From: an uncultured Chloroflexia bacterium
Lineage (GTDB): Bacteria; Chloroflexota; Anaerolineae; CG2-30-64-16
Assembly (NCBI GenBank): GCA_963810095.1
Contig: CAWEMM010000006.1
Coordinates: forward strand, 1,216,001-1,280,000
Direction: 5' to 3'
DNA length: 64,000 nt
The translations under genes and the position numbers were made by a program. Positions 21,461 to 37,415 of this stretch are shown here, piece after piece. The notes beneath the pieces are model-generated. The model was given only the letters and a program-made list of their open reading frames with translations, was not told where the DNA came from and made no database searches. Every line of letters begins with the position of its first letter. The first letter of the stretch is position 1.

Positions 21461-23027
21461 ATGCCTGACACCCCATTGGCAGTCGAAATGCGGGGCATCG
21501 TCAAGCGCTTCCCAGGCGTCCTCGCAAACGATCACGTCGATTTTGACCTGTACGAGGGCGAAGTACATGCGCTGCTCGGCGAGAACGGCGCAGGCAAAAG
21601 CACGCTCATGAACGTGCTGGCCGGCATGTACAAGGCCGAGGAAGGCGAGACCCGGGTCTACGGCAAACGCGTCAACCTGAGCTCCCCGCGCGACGCGATC
21701 GCCGCGGGGATCGGCATGGTCCACCAGCACTTCATGCTCGTGCCGTCGCAGACCGTCACCGAGAACATCATCCTCGGCCTGTCGGAATCACGCTTCAGGC
21801 TTCCGATGGCCGAGCTCGACAAGAAGGTGCTGGGCCTGCAGGAGCAGTACGGTCTCAAGGTGGACCCGAAGGCCAAAATCTGGCAGCTTTCCGTCGGCGA
21901 GCAGCAGCGCGTGGAAGTCCTCAAGATGCTCTACCGCGGCGCCAAAGTCCTCATCATGGACGAGCCGACCGCCGTGCTCACCCCACAGGAAGTCGACGAG
22001 TTGTTCGTCACCCTGCGGGCGATGCTGCAGCGCGGCCACTCCATCGTCTTTATCAGCCACAAGCTCGACGAGGTGCGCGCCATCGCCAACCGGGTGACCG
22101 TCCTGCGCCGCGGGCGTTGTGACGGCGGCGGGGGTCACCGCCAAGGGTGCGACCAAGGCTGCAGCTGGCCCAGTTGATGGTCGGCCGCGAGGTCGTCTTC
22201 ACGGTCAAAAAGAAGCCGGCCCAGCCGGGCGACGTCGTGCTCGACCTGCAAGGGCTGTGCGCCGAGAACGATCGCGGCGTGCCGGCGTTGCGCAACTTCA
22301 ACCTGACCGTGCGGGCAGGCGAGATCGTCGGCCTCGCCGGCGTGGCGGGCAACGGACAGAGCGAGCTGGCGCAGGTCGATCACCGGGCTCCGCCTACTGA
22401 CCGCCGGGAAGGTGCACGGTCAACGGCGAGGACCTGACGAACAAGCCGCCGCGGGCCGCGATCCAGCGGCACGTCGCGCACATCCCCGAGGACCGTAACG
22501 GCGTGGGCTCCTCGCCCGGCCTCAGCCTGGCCGAAAACCTGATCATGAAGAACTACCGGTCCGCGCCGATCTCCACCGGCTGGGCGCTCAATCGCAACGG
22601 TGATCCGCAAGCAGGCGACCGAGATCCGCAAGAGCTACGACATTGCCGCGCCCGAACATCGACGTACAGGCCCGTCTGCTGTCGGGCGGCAACCTCCAGA
22701 AGGCCATCCTCGCCCGCGAAATCGGCACGCAGCCGAAGCTCATCATCGCGTGCCAGCCCACCCGCGGCCTGGACGTGGGCGCCATCGAGGCCGTCCATCG
22801 CCACTTGCTCGACGAACGCGAGCAGCGGCACCGCCATCCTGCTCATCTCCGAGGAACTCGACGAGGTCATGTCGCTGGCAGACCGCATCGTCGGCATCTA
22901 CGAGGGGCAGAACATGGGCGAGCTGAGCGCCGAAGAAGCGACGCTCGGCGAGATCGGCCTGATGATGGCGGGCACGCGCCCGGCAGCGAATCTCAGCACG
23001 GCAGGAGCGAACCATGGCAGCAAGTGA
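21461..23027 (+). CDS. Nucleoside ABC ATP-binding protein; several indels
   Basis: GENGAGKST, GMVHQHF, LSVGEQQRVE, GVAGNGQ, LSGGNLQK, QPTRGLD. Confidence 0.87.
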
Positions 23028-24138
23028 GAGCATCCAGGAAGGCGGAGGATTCCACCTGCCGTTCAGCCTCCGCATGGAGCGCCGCCTCGGCACGCCGAAA
23101 TGGCTGCCCGCGGCGACCTCGGTCGGCGCGGTGATCGTCGCGCTGATCATCGGCGGCGTCGTCATCCAGCTCGCGCGGCGGCCAGGCGCTCGCCTCGTAC
23201 GCGCACATCGGCAAGGCTGCGTTCGGCAGCGTCGGGCAGTTCAACGACACGCTCGTCCGGGCCACGCCGCTGATCCTGGTCGGCCTGGCCTGCGCCTCGC
23301 CTTCCGCATGCGCCTGTGGAACATCGGCGCCGAGGGGCAGTTCTTCCTGGGCGCCTGGGGCGCGAGCGCCATCGTCCTGACCCCGGTGCTCTCCGACTCG
23401 GCACCCCGAGTGGCTGATGCTGCGGCACGATGGCGCTGGCAGGTTTCGCGTGCGGCGCGGCGTGGGCCTTCATCCCGGGCTACCTCAAGGCGAAGCTCAA
23501 CGTCAACGAAATCATCACGACGCTGATGCTGAACTACATCGCCACGTCGTGGGTGCTCTTCTGGGTGTTCGGCGCGTGGAGCGAATCCGGGTTCCAGATG
23601 TCGCCGACGTTCCCCAAGAACGCCTGGCTGCCGCGGCTCCTCGACTACGCCAAGTCGTTCAAAGGCTTCGGCGGCCTGACGCTGCACGGCGGCATCCTGT
23701 TCGGGCTGATCGCCGCGGTGATCGTCTACTTCATCATCTACCGCAGCAAGTTGGGCTACGAACTCCGGCTGATCGGCGACAACCCGCGGGCGGCCAAGTA
23801 TGCGGGCGTGAACCTCGTGCGCAACACGGTGCTGACGATGATGCTCTCGGGCGGGCTCGCGGGCCTCGCGGGCATGTCCGAAGTGACGGGCGTCGGTGCA
23901 CCGCCTGCAGGGCGCCATCTCGCCGGGCTATGGATTTACCGGCATCATCATCGCATGGCTGGCGAAGCTGAATCCGTTCGGCGTCGTCCTCGTCTCGATC
24001 CTCTTCGGCGGCCTGATCCAGGCCGGCCGCGAGATCCAGCCCTCGGGCGTGCCCCGCATGCTCCAGGGCATCATCCTGTTCTGCGTGATCGCCAGCGACG
24101 TGCTGCTGCGCTATCGTGTCCGCGTCGTGAGGAGGTAG
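23014..24138 (+). CDS. Nucleoside ABC permease; several indels
   Basis: WNIGAEGQ, VNEIITTLMLNY, GYGFTGIIIAWL. Confidence 0.83.
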
Positions 24139-24143
24139 GCACC

Positions 24144-25118
24144 ATGCTTGACTGGACTATCATCCTCCAGGCCGGCATTGCGTCCGGCACCGTCCTCCTG
24201 TTCGCGGCCCTCGGCGAAATCCTGGCAGAGCGGTCCGGCGTGCTCAACCTGGGCCTCGAAGGCATGATGCTGTTGGGCGCCATGTTCGCGTTCAAGATGG
24301 CGGTTGCCACCGGCAATCCCTGGCTCGGGCTGCTGGTCGCCGCGATCGCAGCGGGCCTGCTGGCGCTGCTGCACGCGATCGTGACCGTCAACTTCCAGGC
24401 CGACCAGGTGGTCAGCGGTCTGGCGGTCAACTTCGTCGGCGTCGGGCTTGGCCATGGTGCTGGGCGAAGGGCTTGAGCAAGGCGGGCGCGGTCTCCGTGC
24501 TGCCCGTCATCACCCTCCCCGTCCTCTCGCAGATCCCGGTGCTCGGCCCGATCCTCTTCACCAACCACAGCCCGCTCGTCTATGTCGGGTACCTCCTGAC
24601 GCCAGCCATCGCGTTCTACGTGAACCGCACCCGGCAGGGCCTGCACCTGCGGGCGGTCGGCGAATATCCCGCCGCGGCGGATGCGCTGGGCATCAACGTT
24701 GCGCGCACTCGCTACATCTACGTCATCGTCGGCGGCATGATGGCCGGCATCGCCGGCGCAAACATCTCGCTTGGCCGTCTCCCCCGGCTGGTTCAGCGAG
24801 TTGACCACGGGCGGCCAGGGCTGGATCGCGGTCGGCCTGGTCATCTTCGCCCAGTGGAACCCGTGGCGGGCGCCGCGGGCGCGTACATGTTCGGCGCGCT
24901 GCGCCGCCTGATCCTCGACCTGCAGGCTCCGCACGATGCTGTTCGGCTTCGCCAACCCGATCTACTACATGCCGAAGCTGAGCTTCTTCCTGCAGATGCT
25001 GCCCTATGCGCTGGTGATCGTCATCCTGGTCATCGGCTCGCGGGAGGCCATGAAGAAGCGCATCGGCGCACCCGCTGCGCTCGGGTTACCGTACGTGCGT
25101 GGGGAGCGCGGGTTGTAG
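24144..25118 (+). CDS. Nucleoside ABC permease; several indels
   Basis: ERSGVLNLGLEG, LRAVGEYPAAAD, MLPY, PAALGLPY. Confidence 0.84.
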
Positions 25119-25146
25119 CGCAGGGAAACAGTCAGTTCCCATGGTC

Positions 25147-25179
25147 ACGTGCCGGGTACTTTCGAAGCGCCCGGCACGT
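25147..25179. terminator. Hairpin between convergent genes
   Basis: ACGTGCCGGGTACTT...AAGCGCCCGGCACGT. Confidence 0.55.
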
Positions 25180-25196
25180 TCGCGTTTGGTCCGCTT

Positions 25197-28100
25197 TCAG
25201 ACCCCCCGCCAGTAATCCAGCCCCGTCGGGCTGCGGCTCGCCCCCAGCTCGCGCAGCAGCGCCTCGCCCGGGCTGCCGATCACCGGCGCGTCGTTCCAGG
25301 ACTTGATTTCCGCCCGCCGCGGCGCGCCCGGCCGGTTCAGGTAGGCTTCCAGCGCTCGCTTCAGCACGTCGACACTCACCTCCGCGGTGCTCAGCCGGGT
25401 GCCGTTGTCCTCGCCCACCAGGGCCGGCGCGCCCCGGTACACGACAAGGTGCGTCGAGGCAACGCGGGCGAAACGAAACGCCGGAGACGGCGCAGCAGGG
25501 GCTCCCGGCCCTTGCCCGGCCTCTGTTCCCTCTGCGACCTCCGTGGCCAGCACCCCCAGGTCCCCGCCGTACAGGTTTGCCGGGTCGAGCGCCGACAACA
25601 GGGTGAGCTGTCGCTGGTGTCCAACCCGCTGCGGGCCCCCCGCAGCGACTCCACGGCCTGCGGCAGCGCGTACTGCACGCCCGACAACCCCTTGACGAAG
25701 TAGCCCCGCCGCACCTCGCCCCGCAGCTCCATCCGCCCCAGCTGCTCCGACAACTCGCCCCAGTTCCACGCCACCTCGCGCGGCCCGTGCAATTCGCGCA
25801 GTGCGTGCTGCGCCTGTGGCTCGTGCCGCCCCTCCCAGAGTCGCGCGCACCGGCGGCTCGGCCGCCGCCTCTTCCGCCCAGCGTCCAGCGCGACTCGAAG
25901 CGGGCGACGATCTCGGGGGTGATGAGGCCGTAGCGTTCGAGCGCGATCTGCACGAAGGCCGCAGCAGCCTCGTCGCTGCGCCGGGCCGGCCCCATGATTG
26001 CCGCCCGGTTCACCAGCGACCACCGCCCACTCCAGCCGTGCTCTGACTGGGCTTCCGCCGCCAGCGCTGCGTGACCAGGCGCTTTTGCTCGCGCATCCGC
26101 TGAGGTGAGGGCCGCGCCGCCGCCGCGCGCCGCCCCATCGGCCGCGGCGGCAGGCGCTGCGCCAGGTCCTCCTCGCAGGCTGCTTGCGGGCCTTGGACCT
26201 GGCGCCTCCTCTCGGGCGGCCAGCACCGCGGCCAGCGCGCTCAGGTCTTCCCCGGTCACCAGGCCGGCCAGCGCCAGCTGGCGCAGGGCCTCGCGCAAGC
26301 CGGCCGCGCTCAGGCCGGCGCCTCCCTGGATGTCGGCAAAGAACGACGGGCCTTCGGACTTCAGATAGGCGAAAACCTCTGCCGCCGGCCCATCGTCGAA
26401 ACCGCCGGGCACGGGTCCGCCAGGAAAAGCGCCCCTTCCCGCCGGGCGACGAAACGCAGGTTCGGGCGGCCCTTCGACCCCGCCCGCGACCCACGCCAAG
26501 TCACCCTTCCGCACCGGGTCGTCAAGGTCGCGCCACGGCTGGCTGATCCCGCGCGCCGGCAGCACCTCGCGCTCCCAGGCGGCGGCCGGCAGCGCCAGCC
26601 CGCGCATCTGGTGCAAGGTCTCGGCCGGCCCGCTGCGTCCGGATGCCGCGCCCGGCCCCACCTGCTGCCAGCCCAGCAGGAACGCCTGGTAGGCCGGCAG
26701 GGGGACCGGCTCCACCTCCCGGCGCAGCAGGTTGAGCGTGCGCCGGTAGACCTGCTCGAAGAGTTGGCGGTCGCAGTACTCGAGCTCCGGACCGCCCGGC
26801 CAGGAAGTGGCCCTGCACGATGGCGCCGCTCGGCGAGGAGTTCGCCCAGGCGTCGCGTCGAGCCAGGCCGGGTCGAAGGCATAGCGGTCGAGGATGGCGG
26901 CAGCGCGTCACCGGCCCCGCCCAGCGCAGCTAGCGGGTAAGGATGCGTGTCGCCGCGTCGTTAACCGTCGAGCGTCCTTCGTCGGGTCCACGCCCTTCGG
27001 TCATTCCGCTCGGGATGCTCGCTGGCTCACCGTCAACGCTCTCCCCGAGAAGGGCGCGGTACTCCTGTGCATACTCCGCGGGGATCCAGCGCGGCACCGG
27101 GCCGCGGGCCGTGGGAATCGGCGAGCGACCGGATCGTGCCCCGGCGCGCCAGCTCGTCGAGCCAGGGGGCGGGGTCGGCAGTGCTGCGCTCCGCAATCTC
27201 GCCGTCGCTCAGGTCGCCGAGCTCGAGCAGGAAGACGCTCAGTTCCTCAGCCGTGCGCACCTTGCGCAGCTCAGACGTGTGCGCCGCGCTGCCCACGACC
27301 GCCTCCACGGCCTCGGGCTTGAGCGGCAGTCGCCCCGATCCCGATCCTTCCAGCAGGTCGTCGACCAGCTCGCGGCGCATGGCCAGCGACTGCAGCTGCT
27401 GCTCGGCCTTCGGCGTGTCCCACTCGTACATGTAGGTGCTGATGAACTTGTAAGCAGGCCGGACGCCAGCGGCGATGGGACACGCGTGTGAACGGGCAGC
27501 ACCTTGACCCGGCCCTCTTCGATCGCGGTCAGCAGGCCGTCCAGGTGCCCCAGGTCCATCACGTCGCGCAGGCAGTCCCGATAGGTCTCGGCCATGATCG
27601 GGAAGTCGGGCACGTTGCGGACGGTGGCCAGCAGGTCGCGGGCCTTCATCCGCTGCAGCCAGAATGGGGTGCGCTTGCGGCCGCGCGACCGCGGCAGCAG
27701 CAGCGCCCGGCCCGCGTTGACGCGGAAGCGCGCGCCGAACACGGCCGAGTTGGGCAGCTCGCGCAGGATGCGCTGCCGCGCCTCGCGCACCGGCATCCCG
27801 CCGACCACGTCCGGCAGCGACGGAGAGGTCGGCGCCGGCAAACGCGGCCTCCCGTGGGACGCCGGTCGCCAGGTTGCCCTGGTCCTGCGCGCCGAGCACG
27901 ACGCCGGGCAGGCGCAGGAGGATGCCGTCGTCGCTGACCATGCTCTCGATCTCGATGCCCGTGCGCTCCTTGAGCGCGTCGACCAGCGCCAGCGCCCACG
28001 CGCCGTTGATGCGGCCCCCGAACGGCGAATGGACCACCACCCGGCGCCTCGCCGACGGCGTCGAAGAAGGTCTCGACGATGATCGTCTCGTCCGAAGAGA

Positions 28101-30408
28101 TGGCGCCCGAGCGCGTCGACCTGGCTTTTGACGTAATCGTACAGGGCGCGGGCGGAGTTGAGATCGAGCGCGTAGTCGCGCTGGAGGTCGGCGACGACGT
28201 CGTCCCGGTCTCGCCGGGACGGGCGGCAATCTGGTCGGCGACCCGGCGGCGCAGCACGCCGATGCGTTCCCCAAGCTCGTACGACCGCCAGGGATAGTCG
28301 CCCTTCCAGAAGGGCATGCGCGGCAGCTGCCCGGCCGCGTCGCCCACGATGACCCGGTCGTCCTCCAGCGCCTCGACGCGCCACACGCTCGACCCGAGCA
28401 TGAACACGTCGCCGGGCCGCGTCTCGAAGATAAACTCCTCGTCGAGCGTGCCCACCCGCGTCTTGCCGTCGGCCAGGTAGACGTCGTAAGCGCCGGTGTC
28501 GGGGATGGTGCCCGGGTTGTTGAGCGCCAGCAGCCGGGTGCCGGGCAAGGCGGCCAGCCGGTTGTTCGTGCGGTCCCAGGCGATGCGCGCTTGAAGCGAG
28601 GCGTGGCCGGGGCCGGGCACATTCTGGAAGCGGCCCGAGACCATGCCGAGAACCTGCTCCCACGCGGTGCGCGACAGGTCACGGTAGGGAGTAGGCGCGG
28701 CGGACGAGCGCAAAGAGTGCGTCCGCGTCCCACTCGTCCACCGCCACGGCCGCAATCACCTGCTGGCTGAGGACGTCGAGCGCGTTAGCGGGCGTCTGGT
28801 CTCCTCCACCGCGCCGTCCAGCATCCCACGCACGACGGCCGCCGCCTCCACCAGGTCCTCGCGGTGCGTCGCGTAGATGCGGCCCTTGCTCGTCTGCCCC
28901 ACGAGGTGGCCCGAGCGCCCGACCCGCTGCAGGCCCTGCGCCACGCTGCGCGGCGCCTGGAGCTGCACGACCAGGTCGACCGCGCCGATGTCGATGCCGA
29001 GTTCGAGCGTGCCGGTCGAGACGAGCGCGGGCAGCTTGCCCGCCTTGAGCGCCTCCTCCATCTCGCGCCGCGACTCCTTCGACATGCTGCCGTGGTGCGC
29101 CTTGATCGGGCCCTCTGCGCCGAGCGCAAAGAGGCCCTTGTCGCGCATCACGCCGCCCGGCGCCAGCACCTCGGTCGAGCCCGGCTCCACCTCCTCCGAG
29201 CGCTCGGCCGCAATCTGCGCGTTGAGCCGGTCGGCCGTGCGCTCGGCCAGCCGGCGGTTGTTGGCGAAGATCAGCGTGGTGCGGTGCCGCATGACGTCGC
29301 CCAGCACCTGGGGAATCACCGACGGCCAGATCGAATCTCCCGGCATGTCACTGAAATCCTCGACCGGCATGACGACCTTCAGGTCAAGCGCCTTCTTATA
29401 GCCCGTGTCGACGATGGTGACAGGGCGCGGCGCCATGCCGCCGCGGGGCGCACCTGCAGGGGCGGGCGTCCTTCGACTGCTTCGCTGCCGGCAGAGGGCG
29501 GGCCTCCTTCGACTGCGCTCGCGCCCGCAGGTGCGGCGCTCGTTGCAGCGGCGCTGTTTGCAGCGGCGCTGTTTGCAGCGGTGCTCGCTCCGCTCAGGAT
29601 GCCCTGCGTATGCGGCTCTTCGGCAGCAGTCGAAGCATCCTGAGCGGAGGGGCTGCCCGCAGGCAGCACCGCAGTCGAAGGATGCGCCCCGGTTGCCTCT
29701 TCCTCCTGCCCGCCCAGGAAGCGCGCCGCCTCTTCCAGCGGCCGGACCGTCGCGGACAGCCCGATGCGCTGGATGCGATGTCCCGCGAAGTGCTCCAGGC
29801 GCTCCAGGCTGAGCGCCAGGTGGACCCCGCGTTTCTCGCCCACGAGCGTGTGGATTTCGTCGACGATGACCGACCGGACGGTCTTGCAGCATGTCGCGGG
29901 CGCGCGGGCTGGTCAGGATCAGATACAGGGACTCGGGGGTCGTGATCAGGATGTGGGGGGGCAGGCGAACCATGGACTGGCGGGCGCCGGCCGGCGTGTC
30001 GCCCGTGCGCACCGCGACCCTCAGCGGCGGCAAGGGGTCCTTGCCCTCCTTGCCATAGCCCAGCCGCTCGGCTTCGGCGCGGATGCCGGCCAGCGGCGCG
30101 CGCAGGTTGCGCTCGATGTCGTTGTTCAGTGCCTTCAGTGGCGAGATGTAGAGCAAGCGCACGCCCTGGTTGCGGGCGCCGTCCTCGGCCGCCAACTCCC
30201 GGTAGATCTCGTCGATCCCCCACAAGAATGCGGTGAGCGTCTTGCCGGAGCCCGTCGGCGCCAGGATGAGCGTGTTATCGCCCCGGGCGATCGCGGGCCA
30301 GCCCTGCGCCTGCGGCGGGGTCGGCCGGCCCAGCGCGCGCTCGAACCAGGCACGCACGGGCGGCGAAAAGAAGGCCAGCGACGAGTCACCGTTCGCGGCA
30401 TTGCTCAT
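25197..30408 (-). CDS. lhr: Lhr-family large DEAD/DEAH helicase; many indels and repeat-derived inserts
   Basis: [87 protein letters not shown]. Confidence 0.87.
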
Positions 30409-30499
30409 GGGCACACACTCACTATCTCAGGGGTCAACAGCGTCCCCATCGTAGCACATGGGTGCTAAGTGGTCAAGCATTTTCTTCGCAGTTAGCCCC

Positions 30500-31309
30500 T
30501 TACTGCGCCTGCACCACGAAGTTGAACGTGCCCGTCTCCCCGTCTGCGTTCTTCTGCACTTCCATGATCAGCTGCGGACTGAAGATGTTGTCGCGGGCGT
30601 TCGCAGGCTCGTCGGGGAAGTACAACTGCGTCGTCAACGTCGGGCCGTTCGGCGGCGTGATCTTCACATGGATATGCCGGGTGCGTCCGGGATAGAGCCC
30701 GGGTGCGACCGTCTCCACCGTATAGCGTCCCTCTGCATCGGTCACCTGGTAGCCGCGCAGCGTGTAGCCCTGGTTGTCGTACTGCCCCTCGCTGTCGGCC
30801 TGCCAGAAGTCCACCCGCGCACCCGGAACGGGCCGGCACTGGGCGTCCAGCACGTACCCTGTAATGGTAAGCTTCGTCCCGCCCATCCCCGGCCGCAGCA
30901 GGTCCGACGACTCGGGCGGGTTCGTTTTGTAATACGGCCCTTCGGTCTGTTCTGGCGTCAGCGTGCCGGGCGTGCAGGCGATGGGAAGGGCAGTGGGCGC
31001 GGGCGGCAGCGTGGGTTCCGGAACGGTCGTCGCGGCCGGCTCGACGGTCGGCGCCGGCGTATCGTAGGCGACCGCAGACGCGGCGGGGTCAAGGGTCGCT
31101 GTCGGACGCGGTTCGTCGCGCGCCGGCGGCATGGCCGGCGCCGCAGTGGCATTCGGGTCCGGCGCCGGTGCGGCCTCGGTGGACCCGGGCGCTTGGGTCG
31201 CAGCGGGGGCTTCCGTGGGAACGGGAACCGTAGCGGTGGGCAGGGCCGTGCACGCCCCCAGCAGCACGACCACCGCCACCAGGCCGGCAAATCTCAACAC
31301 GCTCCGCAT
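30500..31309 (-). CDS. Lipoprotein with Pro/Ala/Thr linker and intradiol-dioxygenase-like domain
   Basis: Lipobox LGAC; TEGPYY, VDFWQADSEGQY, PGLYPGRTRHIH, TTQLYF. Confidence 0.83.
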   Translation of the reverse strand: MRSVLRFAGLVAVVVLLGACTALPTATVPVPTEAPAATQAPGSTEAAPAPDPNATAAPAMPPARDEPRPTATLDPAASAVAYDTPAPTVEPAATTVPEPTLPPAPTALPIACTPGTLTPEQTEGPYYKTNPPESSDLLRPGMGGTKLTITGYVLDAQCRPVPGARVDFWQADSEGQYDNQGYTLRGYQVTDAEGRYTVETVAPGLYPGRTRHIHVKITPPNGPTLTTQLYFPDEPANARDNIFSPQLIMEVQKNADGETGTFNFVVQAQ

Positions 31310-31586
31310 ACCACACCTCTCATAGTAGGATAACGATCGGGCGTGCGCCACAAACGGCAGCATTCGCCCGCCGTCTGCGCCACAAAACCTTCATCCTAGA
31401 TCGCGCATCCGAGCGCGCATGTCAGTGGCACGCGACCCAAGCCCGAGGCACAAGGTCGCGTTCCGGTTCGCCGCAGTCCGCCGGGCTACCCCGCTTTTAA
31501 ATTCACAACAGCGGTTGTCTTACAGCAGTCTTGCGGGTGCAGGGTCAGAATGCCACGACTGCCGCAATCCGTTATGGAGTGGGAAC

Positions 31587-32156
31587 ATGCGACGACTTCG
31601 TTTAATCCTGCCGGTTCTGGCGCTGCTTGTCCTGAGCGCCGTCCTGGCAGCGAATGCATACGCCAGCCCGGAAACGCTGGCAAACTCAGGGCCGAAGAAA
31701 CCGATTCCAACCGCAGGCTGCGTGCCCAGCGGATACCAACCTAAGAAGTGCCCTACGTTCACTCCGACGCCGACCAATACACCCACCAACACGCCGACGA
31801 ACACGCCGACGAGCACACCGACCAATACGCCGACGAATACCCCGACGGACACGCCGACGAACACGCCGACGAATACCCCGACGGACACGCCGACGAGCAC
31901 ACCGACCAATACGCCGACGAATACGCCGACGGACACGCCGACGAGCACGCCGACGAATACCCCGACGGACACGCCGACGAGCACGCCGACCAATACGCCG
32001 ACGAATACGCCAACGGACACGCCGACGAGCACGCCGACGAATACGCCGACGGACACACCGACGAGCACACCAACCAATACGCCGACAAATACTCCGACGG
32101 ACACGCCGACGAGCACGCCAACGAATACCCCGACGGACACGCCAACGCCGGCCTGA
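31587..32156 (+). CDS. Secreted Thr/Pro tetrapeptide-repeat protein
   Basis: GGAG RBS, signal peptide ending AYA, two-Cys segment, then (TPTx) repeats. Confidence 0.7.
   Translation: MRRLRLILPVLALLVLSAVLAANAYASPETLANSGPKKPIPTAGCVPSGYQPKKCPTFTPTPTNTPTNTPTNTPTSTPTNTPTNTPTDTPTNTPTNTPTDTPTSTPTNTPTNTPTDTPTSTPTNTPTDTPTSTPTNTPTNTPTDTPTSTPTNTPTDTPTSTPTNTPTNTPTDTPTSTPTNTPTDTPTPA
31767..32150 (+). repeat. 12-bp coding tandem repeat, ~32 units
   Basis: ACNCCNACN(AAY/AGC/GAC) units with an 84-bp higher-order period. Confidence 0.95.
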
Positions 32157-32301
32157 ACCCGGCTGCAGGTGTCCTGCGCGCCGCCGCTCGAATCCCGGTC
32201 CCGATCGTTCAGACGCTCTTCCAGCCGTGGATTCGAGCACGGCGCCCCTCTCTGGAGCGCCGGCCGCACCCCACACCCCCTCGACGCACAAATTCACGTG
32301 A

Positions 32302-36114
<3,813 letters not shown>

Positions 36115-36183
36115 CGATACGCAAGACCTCAGAACCGTTTTCGAAGTCCTTCGGATTGGTCGTGTTGAAGAGGAGAATGAACC

Positions 36184-37179
36184 ATGGCTGATCTTACTAC
36201 AACCTACATGGGCCTGACCCTCAAGAGCCCGATCGTGCCGTCGGCGTCGCCGCTGTCGAAGTCGGTTGCGGGCATCGCACAGATGGCCGACGCGGGCGCG
36301 GCGGCCGTCACCATGTACTCGCTGTTCGAGGAGCAGATCACCCTCGAGGCGATCTCGCTGCACAACCGGCTGGAGCAGGGCAGCTGGAACTACGCCGAGG
36401 CGCTGACCTACTACCCGAAGGCGAGCGACTACAACCGCGGGCCCGGAAGGCTACCTGGACCTGATCCGCGAGGCGAAGAAGGCCGTGGACGTGCCGGTCA
36501 TCGGCAGCCTGAACGGCATCACGACGGGCGGCTGGATCGACTACGCGCAGAAGATCGAGCAGGCGGGCGCGGACGCGCTCGAGCTGAACGTCTACCTGAT
36601 CCCGACGATGAACGACGAGACCGGCAGCCAGGTCGAGCAGATCTACCTGGACGTGCTGCAGGCCGTCAAGAAGAGCGTGCGCATTCCGGTGGCGATGAAG
36701 CTGAGCCCCTTCTTCTCGTCGATGCCCGAACATGGCGAAGCGGCTGGACGAGGCGGGCGCGGATGCGCTCGTGCTGTTCAACCGGTTCTACCAGCCGGAC
36801 TTCGACCTGGAAGAGCTGACCGTCGACGCCGAACCTGGTGCTGAGCAAGTCGTACGAGATGCGCCTGCCGCTGCGCTGGATCGCGATCCTGTACGGCCAC
36901 CTCAAGGCGAGCATGGCGCTGACGACCGGCGTCCACACGACCGAGGACGTGGTGAAGGCGATCATGGCGGGCGCGGACGTGGTGAACGTGGCGTCGGTGC
37001 TGCTGGAGCAGGGCGCGGGCAAGATCAGCGACCTGACCCTGGGCCTGCGGCAGTGGATGGACGAGCACGAGTACGAGTCGGTGAAGCAGATGCAGGGTGC
37101 GTTGAGCCAGCGCAACTGCCCCGAGCCCGAGATGTTCGAGCGGGCGAACTACATGAAGGTGCTGGGCAGCTGGCACTAA
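36184..37179 (+). CDS. Dihydroorotate dehydrogenase-like FMN protein; indels
   Basis: [50 protein letters not shown]. Confidence 0.85.
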
Positions 37180-37264
37180 CAGTCTATCCGAAAGCCCCCC
37201 TGGCTCGGTCCGAGACCGGCCGGCGCCTTTTCCGATAGATCATAGGCCAGACCTGTCATCCCAA

Positions 37265-37311
37265 AACAACCCCCGCAGCCGCCTGCCAGCCGGCTGCGGG
37301 GGTTGTTGTTT
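37265..37311. terminator. Intrinsic terminator
   Basis: AACAACCCCCGCAGCCG...CGGCTGCGGGGGTTGTT followed by GTTT. Confidence 0.8.
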
Positions 37312-37415
37312 GCGGACGCTGCAACAAGCGCATGCGCGCCACTTATGCCGTAACCACCGGCCTGTGGCCTTGTCGCCGCCGCCGGCTACCCTGATTCGCG
37401 CCCCAGGAGATCATC

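Noticed and set aside
31767-32150. CRISPR array, or alternative-frame proteins (HADEY, poly-Arg, VGV repeats)
   Set aside because: No unique spacers or cas genes; variation follows the wobble positions of the TPTx frame.
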